From the IMG/VR virus record IMGVR_UViG_3300017917_001336, positions 1 to 64,000 of that record: DNA of 64,000 bases. One strand, 5' to 3'. The DNA comes from a virus. Positions 40,047-49,170 of the stretch are shown piece after piece. The position numbers and the translations under genes were made by a program. Every line of letters starts with the position of its first letter. Within the stretch, counting starts at the first letter, position 1. A model generated the notes under the pieces. That model was given only the letters and a program-made list of their open reading frames with translations. It had not been told where the DNA came from and searched no databases.

Positions 40047-41873
40047 ATGGCTACACTAAAGAATACAACTATTAATGATACAGGGTTTATACAATTACCC
40101 AAAGGAACAACAGCCCAGCGCGGCATTTACACCTTTACGGGCCCAGGATCATGGACTGCACCAGCGGGTGTAACTAGTGTTTCAGTACTAGTAGTAGGCG
40201 GCGGAGGCGCTGGTGGACAAGATACCGCCGGTGGAGGAGGTGGAGGAGGCGTTGTTTTCCACAATAGCTTTCCAGTTACACCAGGCACATCTTATCCTAT
40301 TACAGTTGGCGCAGGCGGAGTTCGTCCTGACGGCGGCCCAACAGGAGCAAGAGGAAATAATGGAAGTCCTTCAACATTTAGTACACTAACAGCACTAGGT
40401 GGCGGTGGTGGAACAGGTAGTGCATCGGGCGGTCTAGCTGCTCAACCAGGTGGTTCGGGTGGTGGAGGCGGAAACGGCTTGGCCGCTGGATCTGCAACAC
40501 AACCAGGTCAATCAAATCCAGGCGCAACAGTAAATGCTGGTTTTGCCGGAGAAGCAGCTGCATCAGGCTATGGCGCAGGTGGCGGCGGAGCAGGTGAAGC
40601 TGGCGGTACAAAAGGTATTATGCGAGGCGGTGACGGCTTAAGATTTTTTGGCCAATACTGGGGCGGCGGTGGCGGCGGTACAATAAATGGCGCAGGCGGC
40701 CTTGGCGGAGCGGGTGGTGGCGGTTTTAACCTACCAGGTACTAGCTTCCAAGGTCCAAGAAATAACGGATTAGCAAACACCGGCGGCGGTGGTTCTGCAC
40801 ATTATGGATCATGGAATGGAGCAGGTAATGGTGGTTCTGGTATTGTTATTGTTTGTACAGACCAGGTAGGTAGTGTACGATATAATACAGATAACAATTT
40901 AGTTGAATATTTTGACGGAACAGAGTGGCAAAACTTTAAGTGTAGAGGCACCGGCGGATCTATACAAACTATCACAATCCACTCATTTAAAACAGTAGGA
41001 AGTCATTCATTTACAGCACCTCCAGGTGTTGACCGTGTATGGGCACTAGTTGTCGCTGGTGGTGGAGGTGGAGGCACACGTAATTCCGGTGGTGGAGGTG
41101 GAGGCACTGACGGCGGTTCAGGTGGCGGTGCTGGAGGAATGTTAGAAGGAACATATCCAGTTACACCAGGAACAACTTATTCAATTACAGTTGGTGCTGG
41201 CGGTGCTGGTGGCGGTCGAGCTGGTTCACCTAACCCAGGAGGTCAAAGTCCAGGCGCAAAAGGCGGAGATTCTGTATTTGCAACAGCAACAGCCATTGGC
41301 GGCGGATTTGGTGGCTGTGGCCCAGGCGGGAATCCCGGAGGCCCAGGCGGCAGTTCAGGTGGTGCAGGTGGCGGCGGCGGATCAGCAACATCAACTCCTG
41401 GTGCTGCACAAACTCCAAGCGGTGGCCTAACAGGATACGGAAACGCTGGCGCAGGCAATCCTCAAGTTGCTCCATATACAGGTTCAGGTGGTGGCGGTGC
41501 TGGCTCAGGCGGAACAGCTGGCGGTTCTCAAAACAAAGGTTGGGGCGGATACGGAAGATTAAGTTATATTACAGGTACTGCTGTATTGTACGCTGCAGGC
41601 GGTGGTGGTGGTGGTTCTGGACCTACTTTCTCGTGGGGTGGCACAGGCGGTGCTCAAATGCGTGGTGGTCATAACACTACAGCCGGCGGCATTGGCGGAG
41701 CAGGTGGCGGAACTATGCAAAGTTATATTAGAACAGGTTATAACGAAGCTGACGGAGATAACGGAGCAACAAACACAGGTTCAGGCGGTGGTGGTGGTGC
41801 AGGAAATCCTTGGTCTACTCCAGGCGGCTATGGTGGAGCAGGCGGCCCAGGAATTGTAATCATTCGCTACTAA
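40047..41873 (+). CDS. Glycine-rich putative adhesin 2, two Gly-rich domains
   Basis: 608 aa; MATLKNTTINDTG N-terminus shared with 35770 and 41889; ends GGPGIVIIRY. Confidence 0.75.
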   Translation: MATLKNTTINDTGFIQLPKGTTAQRGIYTFTGPGSWTAPAGVTSVSVLVVGGGGAGGQDTAGGGGGGGVVFHNSFPVTPGTSYPITVGAGGVRPDGGPTGARGNNGSPSTFSTLTALGGGGGTGSASGGLAAQPGGSGGGGGNGLAAGSATQPGQSNPGATVNAGFAGEAAASGYGAGGGGAGEAGGTKGIMRGGDGLRFFGQYWGGGGGGTINGAGGLGGAGGGGFNLPGTSFQGPRNNGLANTGGGGSAHYGSWNGAGNGGSGIVIVCTDQVGSVRYNTDNNLVEYFDGTEWQNFKCRGTGGSIQTITIHSFKTVGSHSFTAPPGVDRVWALVVAGGGGGGTRNSGGGGGGTDGGSGGGAGGMLEGTYPVTPGTTYSITVGAGGAGGGRAGSPNPGGQSPGAKGGDSVFATATAIGGGFGGCGPGGNPGGPGGSSGGAGGGGGSATSTPGAAQTPSGGLTGYGNAGAGNPQVAPYTGSGGGGAGSGGTAGGSQNKGWGGYGRLSYITGTAVLYAAGGGGGGSGPTFSWGGTGGAQMRGGHNTTAGGIGGAGGGTMQSYIRTGYNEADGDNGATNTGSGGGGGAGNPWSTPGGYGGAGGPGIVIIRY

Positions 41874-41888
41874 TAGGATAAACACAGT

Positions 41889-42944
41889 ATGGCAACTTTA
41901 AAAAATTCGATAATTAGCGACACAGGTTTTTTTGATTTACCTGGAGGTACAACAGCTCAACGTCCGGCTAGCCCAGTATCGGGAATGCTTCGTTTTAACA
42001 CAGATTTAAATTGTGCAGAATTTTACAACGGAACAACCTGGGTTCAAATTGAAAATCAAACAGTTAACTCAACGGGTGAAATTACTAAAACAGTACTACA
42101 CGTTTTTAATCAAGTAGGCAGTTATACATTTACACCACCAGTTGGTGTTGATGTAGTTCAAGTATTAGTAGTTGCTGGCGGTGGCGGCGGTGGTTCACGT
42201 AACGGTGGCGCAAACGGTGGCGGTACTGACGGGGGTGCAGGCGGCGGCGCTGGCGGCTTTGTTGAAGTAGGTTACTATCCAGTAACAGGCGGAGTAGGTA
42301 TTCCTGTTGTTGTGGGTCGAGGTGGCGTTGGCGGTTCTAGACCAGCTGTACCGGGACAAAGCCCAGGCGAAAACGGAACAAACTCATCATTTGGAGCACT
42401 AATTGCAATCGGTGGTGGAGGCGGAGGATGCGGGCCAGGCGGCCCAGCTGCTGACGGAAAACCGGGCGGTTCAGGTGGCGGACGTGGAGGCGGCGGCTCT
42501 CCAAATACCGGCGTTACCGGAACAGGTACACAAAAATCACAACCAACTGCATCAGGCGGCGGCACACGTGGCTGGGGATACCCAGGCGGTTATAATCCAA
42601 ACGTGTCCAACTATTCTGGTGCTGGTGGTGGCGGTGCCGGTGGCGCAGGATATGACGGTGGTTCTAGTAGAACAGCACCAGGCGGCCAAGGACGTATGAG
42701 TATGATTACTGGATATCAAGTTTGGTATGCAGGTGGTGGCGGCGGAGCCAGTGGATCAAGTGCTAGCCACGCAGGTCAAGGTGGTCTTGGCGGCGGCGGC
42801 CGCGGAAACGGATATAGTGCCAGCGGAGATCCGGGCGGATTTGCATCTGGCGGTGGTGGTGGTGGCGGATCTGGAGGTAACTCTGGTGACGGCGCAGGCT
42901 ACGGCGGCGATGGCGGTCCAGGAATTGTTATTGTTAGATATTAA
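41889..42944 (+). CDS. Glycine-rich putative adhesin 3, one Gly-rich domain
   Basis: 351 aa; MATLKNSIISDTG...PGGTTAQRPASPVSGMLRFNTD; ends GGPGIVIVRY. Confidence 0.75.
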   Translation: MATLKNSIISDTGFFDLPGGTTAQRPASPVSGMLRFNTDLNCAEFYNGTTWVQIENQTVNSTGEITKTVLHVFNQVGSYTFTPPVGVDVVQVLVVAGGGGGGSRNGGANGGGTDGGAGGGAGGFVEVGYYPVTGGVGIPVVVGRGGVGGSRPAVPGQSPGENGTNSSFGALIAIGGGGGGCGPGGPAADGKPGGSGGGRGGGGSPNTGVTGTGTQKSQPTASGGGTRGWGYPGGYNPNVSNYSGAGGGGAGGAGYDGGSSRTAPGGQGRMSMITGYQVWYAGGGGGASGSSASHAGQGGLGGGGRGNGYSASGDPGGFASGGGGGGGSGGNSGDGAGYGGDGGPGIVIVRY

Positions 42945-42953
42945 GGAATTGAA

Positions 42954-43160
42954 ATGTTACCGTTAACAACAGAAGATGCAGCTCAACTAAATCTACATTA
43001 TCAAGGATATACTATTGATTCTAGTAAAGGTCCTCATTTAGCTACAAACGAACTAGTAGCTAAATGCCACACAGAAAAATTACCTAGCGGAAATGTTGCA
43101 CATTTGTACTATGATCTAGCAGCTGATCATGTATATGTGTATGACGTTACACCAGGTTAA
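42954..43160 (+). CDS. Small hypothetical protein
   Basis: 68 aa, SD AAGGA, directly after adhesin 3. Confidence 0.55.
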   Translation: MLPLTTEDAAQLNLHYQGYTIDSSKGPHLATNELVAKCHTEKLPSGNVAHLYYDLAADHVYVYDVTPG

Positions 43161-43801
43161 CTGTAACCATACAGTTCAAACTGTCTTTCAGAACTTAACT
43201 TTCTAGTATTTGAATTTAAACCTAACATTGGCCGAGTGTCGTATTTTAATTCAGCTCTCGGCCCGTTTGCACGAACATAGAACATAAATGCGTTAATTTG
43301 TTCTCGCCCGTGGTATGGGGTTCTCCAGTGAGGAAGCTCATGTCCTCTGTACATAATAGCATCTCCTGGTTCTTGAACTATTTCCATAACAGTTTTATCT
43401 TTGTCTTCCATGTATAATGGCCAAGGTGTTGTAGTTTCGTCCACTTCTATACACAACGACACACTAAATTCTGATGCAGATCTATCAATGTGTCTTAACA
43501 TCTCTGCACCATTTGAATATATTCTAGCATATGAATATGTAGGAAATACAGGCTCCTTAAGATAATTTTCTACAACTGATTTAATTAAACTATCTGAAAG
43601 AGCTTCAAAACATAATGGACTGTACCATGAAAAACTACGATTTACCATTTCGTCATGCCACGGAAACTCATTTTCAGTAGTAGGTCTTTGAACAGCATAC
43701 GCAAGCTCTCTAGCTAATTTAAATTCTCTTGCTAAAATTTTACACGCATCTTTATGTACAGCATTTTTTAAAATAGCGTACCCATCTTTTTCAAAACTCA
43801 T
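43157..43801 (-). CDS. 2OG-Fe(II) oxygenase
   Basis: PTYSYARIY...LRHIDR...GDAIMYRGHELPHWR; paralog of 47034. Confidence 0.85.
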   Translation of the reverse strand: MSFEKDGYAILKNAVHKDACKILAREFKLARELAYAVQRPTTENEFPWHDEMVNRSFSWYSPLCFEALSDSLIKSVVENYLKEPVFPTYSYARIYSNGAEMLRHIDRSASEFSVSLCIEVDETTTPWPLYMEDKDKTVMEIVQEPGDAIMYRGHELPHWRTPYHGREQINAFMFYVRANGPRAELKYDTRPMLGLNSNTRKLSSERQFELYGYS

Positions 43802-45501
43802 AGAGAATCCTTTTTTATTAATAGATTAAATTCTGGCAAATACAAATAATTAATTTCAGATCTGCGAATAGTACCTAGCGCATCATCGATAGTTTCTACT
43901 ATACAATCACCAGCTAAATTAAAACTAGTATTGAACAGTATAGGCACGCCTGTTAGTTTATAAAACTCATTAATTAAGTTGTAAAAATGTTTATTATCAT
44001 CATGTTTTAAAGTTTGTACTCGACAAGTGCCATCAACATGTGTTATAGCTGGTATTTCTGATTGTTTATTTTTATGAACATTAACAGCAAACATCATGTA
44101 AGGACTTTCATGCAACCCCCTTAAGTCAAACCAATCATTTGCATATTCATGCAATACAGTACCAGCAAATGGCCTAAACCATTCTCTTTGTTTAACAGTA
44201 TTAACATGATCCTTTCCCACTGGATCTCTAGGATCATATAGGATGCTACGATTTCCTAATGCTCTAGGGCCAGCCTCGCTTCTTCCTTGATACATTGCTA
44301 CAATATTTTTATTAGCAATGATTGTTGCTACATCACTCGGCGTAACAACTGTATAAGTTTCCTTAACCAATTTAGAAATTATATCATTGACAGAATAACT
44401 ATACTCTAATCCATAGTATAATGATTTTTGAGGACGCTTTGTAGTATCTTTTGTTTTTTCGTGCCAGATTAACTTAGCCGCTCCAATGCTAGTGCCGGCA
44501 TCTGATGAAATTGGTTCAACATATATTTTTATGTCTGGCGGCAGTTCATTTAAAAATTCATAGTTAGCTACACAATTTAAAAAGTAACCACCAGATAAAC
44601 ATACATTCTTACACCCAGTAAGTTTTACCATTTTGAGGATATATGACTTAATTTCGTTTTGAGTTTGAGTTTGCAAACTGTAAGCAAAATCAGCTTGTGT
44701 TTGAAAATCTGCATTTATTAAGTGCGGAGCTAACTTTGTATTAACTTCGACTGTTCTTAAATCGTTTTGTTTAGGTTTAAATAACTCTGTATTCACAAAA
44801 CCTTGTTTAATAATAGCCGGATTCCGATCATCGTTCCTTCCATAGGAACTCATACCCATAACTTTACCAGCATCTAACTCGTGAAATCCAAATTGTTTTG
44901 ATGTCTTTTGAAACGCCAATGCTTCACTGATTGCATTTGTAATTTTAACATTATCGTCAACTATAACGTTAGCTTCAAACGGCACTGACACTACTTTATC
45001 AAGTTGAACAAAATTAGCAGGATAATTAGCAATAAAAGTTGTACTAGATTCTCTACCGTACGAACCTTGCAAAAATCTTTGGTCATTTATGTAGTAATCA
45101 CTGCCCATTCCGTCTTTAATAATACAAAGAGCTTGGTCAAATCCTGAATTATAAAATGCACACGCAGCATGTAACTTGTGATGATGTGCCCATAGGTCAT
45201 AAAAATTATAATCTTTATTATAGAAATCTTTGTTTAATCTTGATATAAAGGTTGTATAGACATTGTCTGTAGTAAAATTTTCTACAGGAACTGTTGGCCC
45301 AACACCAGCTACACAAATATCGTTAACATGATCTACATAGTCGGGTAATTTTGCCAGTGTTTGAAACACATACGCATCGTATTTTATGTTAGACAACCGT
45401 TCGTTTTCTAAATGGAATACCATCTCGCCATTTTTTAAAACGGTTACAGCAGAATTGTGTACTCTGCTTATTCCTACAGTAATGTGGTCGTGTTTGCTCA
45501 T
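43798..45501 (-). CDS. O-carbamoyltransferase (NodU/CmcH/TobZ family)
   Basis: ENERLS, HHHKLHAACAFYNSGF, GKVMGMSSYG, GRSEAGPRALGNRSIL, KQREWFRPFA, HVDGTCRVQT, NTSFN. Confidence 0.92.
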   Translation of the reverse strand: MSKHDHITVGISRVHNSAVTVLKNGEMVFHLENERLSNIKYDAYVFQTLAKLPDYVDHVNDICVAGVGPTVPVENFTTDNVYTTFISRLNKDFYNKDYNFYDLWAHHHKLHAACAFYNSGFDQALCIIKDGMGSDYYINDQRFLQGSYGRESSTTFIANYPANFVQLDKVVSVPFEANVIVDDNVKITNAISEALAFQKTSKQFGFHELDAGKVMGMSSYGRNDDRNPAIIKQGFVNTELFKPKQNDLRTVEVNTKLAPHLINADFQTQADFAYSLQTQTQNEIKSYILKMVKLTGCKNVCLSGGYFLNCVANYEFLNELPPDIKIYVEPISSDAGTSIGAAKLIWHEKTKDTTKRPQKSLYYGLEYSYSVNDIISKLVKETYTVVTPSDVATIIANKNIVAMYQGRSEAGPRALGNRSILYDPRDPVGKDHVNTVKQREWFRPFAGTVLHEYANDWFDLRGLHESPYMMFAVNVHKNKQSEIPAITHVDGTCRVQTLKHDDNKHFYNLINEFYKLTGVPILFNTSFNLAGDCIVETIDDALGTIRRSEINYLYLPEFNLLIKKDSL

Positions 45502-45508
45502 GATTAAC

Positions 45509-45555
45509 TAGTTATCTTCAAAACTTTCAAGCCCTAAAATATTGTACTATAAATA
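45509..45555. promoter_or_regulatory. Divergent late-type promoter pair (ATAACTA on minus, perfect TATAAATA on plus)
   Basis: TATAAATA at 45548-45555 equals the T4 late consensus; the minus-strand motif 45515-45509 is 7 nt before ATG 45501. Confidence 0.65.
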
Positions 45556-45574
45556 CTTGCCACCGTAAAGAGAA

Positions 45575-46237
45575 ATGACTATGTTCACTAATATTGAAAA
45601 ATCGCCCGAAAACTCAAATTTTGCATCAAAAGATTTAATTGATAAAACAATAGAGTCAAAAGACCAACAGCGTGTTGATCTTTATCAACCAAAAGCACCT
45701 GAAGGGTTGTTATCTATTGCTACCGCTACATTATTCAATAATGAAGAATGTAAAAAAATTATTGATAGTTGCATTGGCGAGCTTTGGACACCAGTTAAAG
45801 TGTACGGATCTGGAAACATACATCGAGCATCAATGCAACGATTAAGAGGAAATTTATCAGAGCATCCTTTAAATTTATTTCGAGAGGCAATTGTATCTGC
45901 TAACGCAGAAATATACAACTTTAGTCTTGTAGGCATGATTGACTTAGATTATCCTCAAGTAGCTCGATATAGTAAAGGTGATTTCTATGATCTTCATACT
46001 GAAATTAATCCTATGACTCTAACAAGAAAACTTTCGTTTCTTGTTATGTTAAACGATCCATCAGAGTACGAGGGCGGTGAAATTGAATTTTTAAATACAG
46101 AATTAAAACACGAAGAAACTTCACAAGTTGGTACTATGCTTATCTTTCCTAGTTTTTTAACTTATAGAATTAAGCCTGTAAAGAAAGGAAGTAGATATGT
46201 AGTTACTGGAAGCATTCATGGAGATTCGTTTAAATGA
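45575..46237 (+). CDS. PKHD-type 2OG-Fe(II) oxygenase homolog with altered iron ligands
   Basis: YDLHTE...RKLSFLVMLNDPSEYEGGE...IFPSFLTYRIKPV; Tyr in place of the distal His. Confidence 0.8.
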   Translation: MTMFTNIEKSPENSNFASKDLIDKTIESKDQQRVDLYQPKAPEGLLSIATATLFNNEECKKIIDSCIGELWTPVKVYGSGNIHRASMQRLRGNLSEHPLNLFREAIVSANAEIYNFSLVGMIDLDYPQVARYSKGDFYDLHTEINPMTLTRKLSFLVMLNDPSEYEGGEIEFLNTELKHEETSQVGTMLIFPSFLTYRIKPVKKGSRYVVTGSIHGDSFK

Positions 46238-47037
46238 TATTAGAAAATAATTATTTTTGGTTTAAATCTGCATTAAGTCCCGAGGTATGTAATAAAATTA
46301 TCGACTTGGGAGAAGAAAAACTAGCAGAATTAGAGCGACAGTTTGGTGAAAGAGCTACGGAAGCTACTACATTTGATCACAAACAAAAGAATGGGTCTAT
46401 CGGTGATGAGCCTGCTGGTAAATTATCTGCAGGTGCATTATCAAGAGAAGGTAGATTAAAAAAAGGTATTAAAGAAGAAGATGTTTACATTCGTGATACA
46501 AAAGTATCGTGGTTAGACGATCGCTGGATTTACGACTTAATACATCCGTACATCCACGAAGCAAATTATCGAGCAGGTTGGAATTTTGAATGGGATTGGT
46601 CAGAATCCTGTCAATTTACAAAGTATGGTATCGATCAGTTTTATGGTTGGCATACTGACTCTGGTTGGGAACCTTATACACGATTTGACCCCGAAGTTGA
46701 CGAAATTGTTAGATATGCCGACGGCACTCCTATGTTAGATGCTTTTAACAACGTCATACCAAAAAATAGACATAAGATTACAGATGAAAATAAAATTGGG
46801 AAGATTAGAAAAATTAGTGTTACTATTAATTTGACCGACCCAAAAAACTATGACGGCGGAAACTTAAAATTTGATTTTGGACCACACGCTGAAAAAAGAT
46901 TTCATACATGTACTGAAATTAGACCAAAGGGTAGTATAATTGTTTTTCCGTCACATGTATATCATCAAGTAACCCCAGTAACTAGAGGTACACGATACAG
47001 TCTAGTTTTATGGAATTTAGGAAAGCCATTCAGATGA
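46234..47037 (+). CDS. PKHD-type 2OG-Fe(II) oxygenase (prolyl-4-hydroxylase-like)
   Basis: QFTKY...YGWHTD...RKISVTINL...YDGGNLKF...FPSHVYHQVTPVTRGTRYSLVLW. Confidence 0.9.
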   Translation: MILENNYFWFKSALSPEVCNKIIDLGEEKLAELERQFGERATEATTFDHKQKNGSIGDEPAGKLSAGALSREGRLKKGIKEEDVYIRDTKVSWLDDRWIYDLIHPYIHEANYRAGWNFEWDWSESCQFTKYGIDQFYGWHTDSGWEPYTRFDPEVDEIVRYADGTPMLDAFNNVIPKNRHKITDENKIGKIRKISVTINLTDPKNYDGGNLKFDFGPHAEKRFHTCTEIRPKGSIIVFPSHVYHQVTPVTRGTRYSLVLWNLGKPFR

Positions 47038-47693
47038 GCAACGCAGAATATTTTAAAGAACATCATTATACAGTTATTAAAGGTATTATACCTCAAGAAA
47101 TTTGTAACGTAGCTACTAAGTATGCGTTATTAAAAATGGAAACTGAGTTTAATCCTGAAGATGTAAGAACTGGACAAATTCCAGGAACACATTCTATCTA
47201 CAGCGATACACTAATGGAAACATTAATGCATTTTATGTTGCCACACATGGAAGCAGCAACAGGATTAGAATTATGTCCAACATATACTTACTACAGAGTT
47301 TACAAAGCAGGTGATGAATTGCTTAGACATAAAGATAGAGAAAGTTGTGAGATATCAACAACTGTATGTTTTGGATTTAATTATCTAAGTGATGATTCCA
47401 ACTATCGTTGGCCTATATTTGTAGACGAAAAATCTGTTTCTGTTTCTACTAAAAACGGATTTGTATCAGCAAACAATCCAGGAGTTTCAGTTAGCATGGA
47501 ACCTGGAGATGCTGTTGTATATCGAGGTTGCGAAGTAGAGCATTGGCGAGAAAAATTTGATGTAAAAGAAGGTAGTTATCACGTACAAGCATTCTTACAT
47601 TATATTGATAAGAATGGTCCGTACTATCCTGAATTTGCGTTTGACGGTCGCAAAGGCATTGGATATAAAAAAGATTACACTTACACAAAATAA
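47034..47693 (+). CDS. 2OG-Fe(II) oxygenase
   Basis: PTYTYYRVYKAGDELLRHKDRESCEIS...GDAVVYRGCEVEHWRE; start moved to the ATGA overlap at 47034. Confidence 0.85.
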   Translation: MSNAEYFKEHHYTVIKGIIPQEICNVATKYALLKMETEFNPEDVRTGQIPGTHSIYSDTLMETLMHFMLPHMEAATGLELCPTYTYYRVYKAGDELLRHKDRESCEISTTVCFGFNYLSDDSNYRWPIFVDEKSVSVSTKNGFVSANNPGVSVSMEPGDAVVYRGCEVEHWREKFDVKEGSYHVQAFLHYIDKNGPYYPEFAFDGRKGIGYKKDYTYTK

Positions 47694-48361
47694 TGGCACA
47701 TTTGTACACTGATTTTATTTTTTGTAAAAATAATTTTTTTAAAAATCCAAAACGTGTATTGGAGTTTGCTAACTCTTTAGATTTTTCATTTAAAAATAGT
47801 GCGTTCCCTGGAACAAGGACAGAAAACTTAGCATTATCTAAAGATCCGGTTTCTAAAGAATTTGCACAATTTTTTGCAAGAAAACTTGTAAATGAAGTTT
47901 ATACTAACATTATTGACTTAGATATTGATATTCGTTTTCACAAGTACCCTAATTTACATGAAGATGCTGAATTAGACATTGGATGGGTACATCAAGATGA
48001 TAATGAATTATTAGCAGGTCTTGTTTATCTAAATGAAGATGTGGATAATTTTGATTCAGGCACATCGTTTTACAGTTCCCCTAATAACTTTGATTATCCA
48101 GGACAAATTAGATTAGATTTTAATTCTAATAACGCTGACATCAATTTAGAAAATTATAAAACTTGCTTGAAAAACCATACAGGACAATTTAAAGAAAATG
48201 CAAGAGTAGGTAATTTATATAATCGATTAATAACATATGATTCAAATGTTTTCCATAGACCCAATTCTTATAATACAGGCGACGGAAACAATAGACTCAT
48301 ATTAATTTTTGTAGTATCAAACTACTCATATAGAAATCGTGAATATGAGATTCACGAGTGA
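47693..48361 (+). CDS. 2OG-Fe(II) oxygenase-like protein
   Basis: FPGTRT...GWVHQD...AGLVYLN...SGTSFY...YNRLITYDSNVFHRP...RLILIF. Confidence 0.8.
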   Translation: MAHLYTDFIFCKNNFFKNPKRVLEFANSLDFSFKNSAFPGTRTENLALSKDPVSKEFAQFFARKLVNEVYTNIIDLDIDIRFHKYPNLHEDAELDIGWVHQDDNELLAGLVYLNEDVDNFDSGTSFYSSPNNFDYPGQIRLDFNSNNADINLENYKTCLKNHTGQFKENARVGNLYNRLITYDSNVFHRPNSYNTGDGNNRLILIFVVSNYSYRNREYEIHE

Positions 48362-48391
48362 TAAGTAAACTTAAAACATTAGGAGATATAA

Positions 48392-48724
48392 ATGTCAGAA
48401 AGACCACAAGTTGAACCGTTTTTTGATTACGGATCAGTAAACGACACACACAAAGAAGCTGCTAAAGCATGTGCTGTAATCTGTGAAGAATGCGGAATTC
48501 CAGAAATTGGCCAAATCATCAAACAGAGATTTGCAATTGAAGAACCTCCAACATACGATTTACATGCATCAGAATTTTATAAAGTTGCAACAGAAAATAA
48601 AATTTCTGTAACAGCTGGCGGTTATATTATGGAAAACGGTATGAAATATCCGTACTGTAATGTTTCAGCTGATATTAGAACATTAGAAAAGTTTTTAGAA
48701 ACTTTAAGATCTCAAAAAGATTAA
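48392..48724 (+). CDS. Hypothetical protein
   Basis: 110 aa, SD AGGAG, ATAAGTA motif at 48361-48367, Cys cluster CAVICEEC. Confidence 0.65.
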   Translation: MSERPQVEPFFDYGSVNDTHKEAAKACAVICEECGIPEIGQIIKQRFAIEEPPTYDLHASEFYKVATENKISVTAGGYIMENGMKYPYCNVSADIRTLEKFLETLRSQKD

Positions 48725-49170
48725 ATTAAATCTACAATATCAAATACAGTTTGTAGTTTAGTTCTAATTGCTTTATTTGAGAAACTATTTCGAAGCCCCT
48801 GATGTAGGGGCTTCGGTGCATAATCAATAGTAGCCCACACCCACCCCATATGTTCTTCACTTAGTGTAGGAATAAATTCGTCTTCTATGACGCACAGATA
48901 AGTGTGAAAATTAAAAACTTTGTCGTTACTAACAAATGTTTCTAGCGGAATAGTTTTGATAATATTTGGTACTTTGCCAATTTCTTCAGTAACTTCTCTT
49001 TGAAGTCCTTGCCACGGATTTTCATTTTGTAAATTAGTACCGCCAACAAGCCCCCAAGTCCCGGTGTGTTTTCCATGAGCTTTTTGTAGTAGTAAAATTC
49101 TTCGTGTAGATTTAGCGTAGAACAATGCTCCGCTACAAACTATACGATCTTTTACAACTCCAGTCTCCAT
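48721..49170 (-). CDS. NUDIX hydrolase
   Basis: Complete Nudix box G-TNLQN-E-NPWQGLQ-REVTEEIG. Confidence 0.9.
   Translation of the reverse strand: METGVVKDRIVCSGALFYAKSTRRILLLQKAHGKHTGTWGLVGGTNLQNENPWQGLQREVTEEIGKVPNIIKTIPLETFVSNDKVFNFHTYLCVIEDEFIPTLSEEHMGWVWATIDYAPKPLHQGLRNSFSNKAIRTKLQTVFDIVDLI

Noticed and set aside
35770-42944. GGT/GGC/GGA runs as microsatellites, collagen, or a CRISPR-like array
   Set aside because: Third positions vary as expected for coding glycine runs; there is no sustained Gly-X-Y collagen register and no repeat-spacer periodicity.
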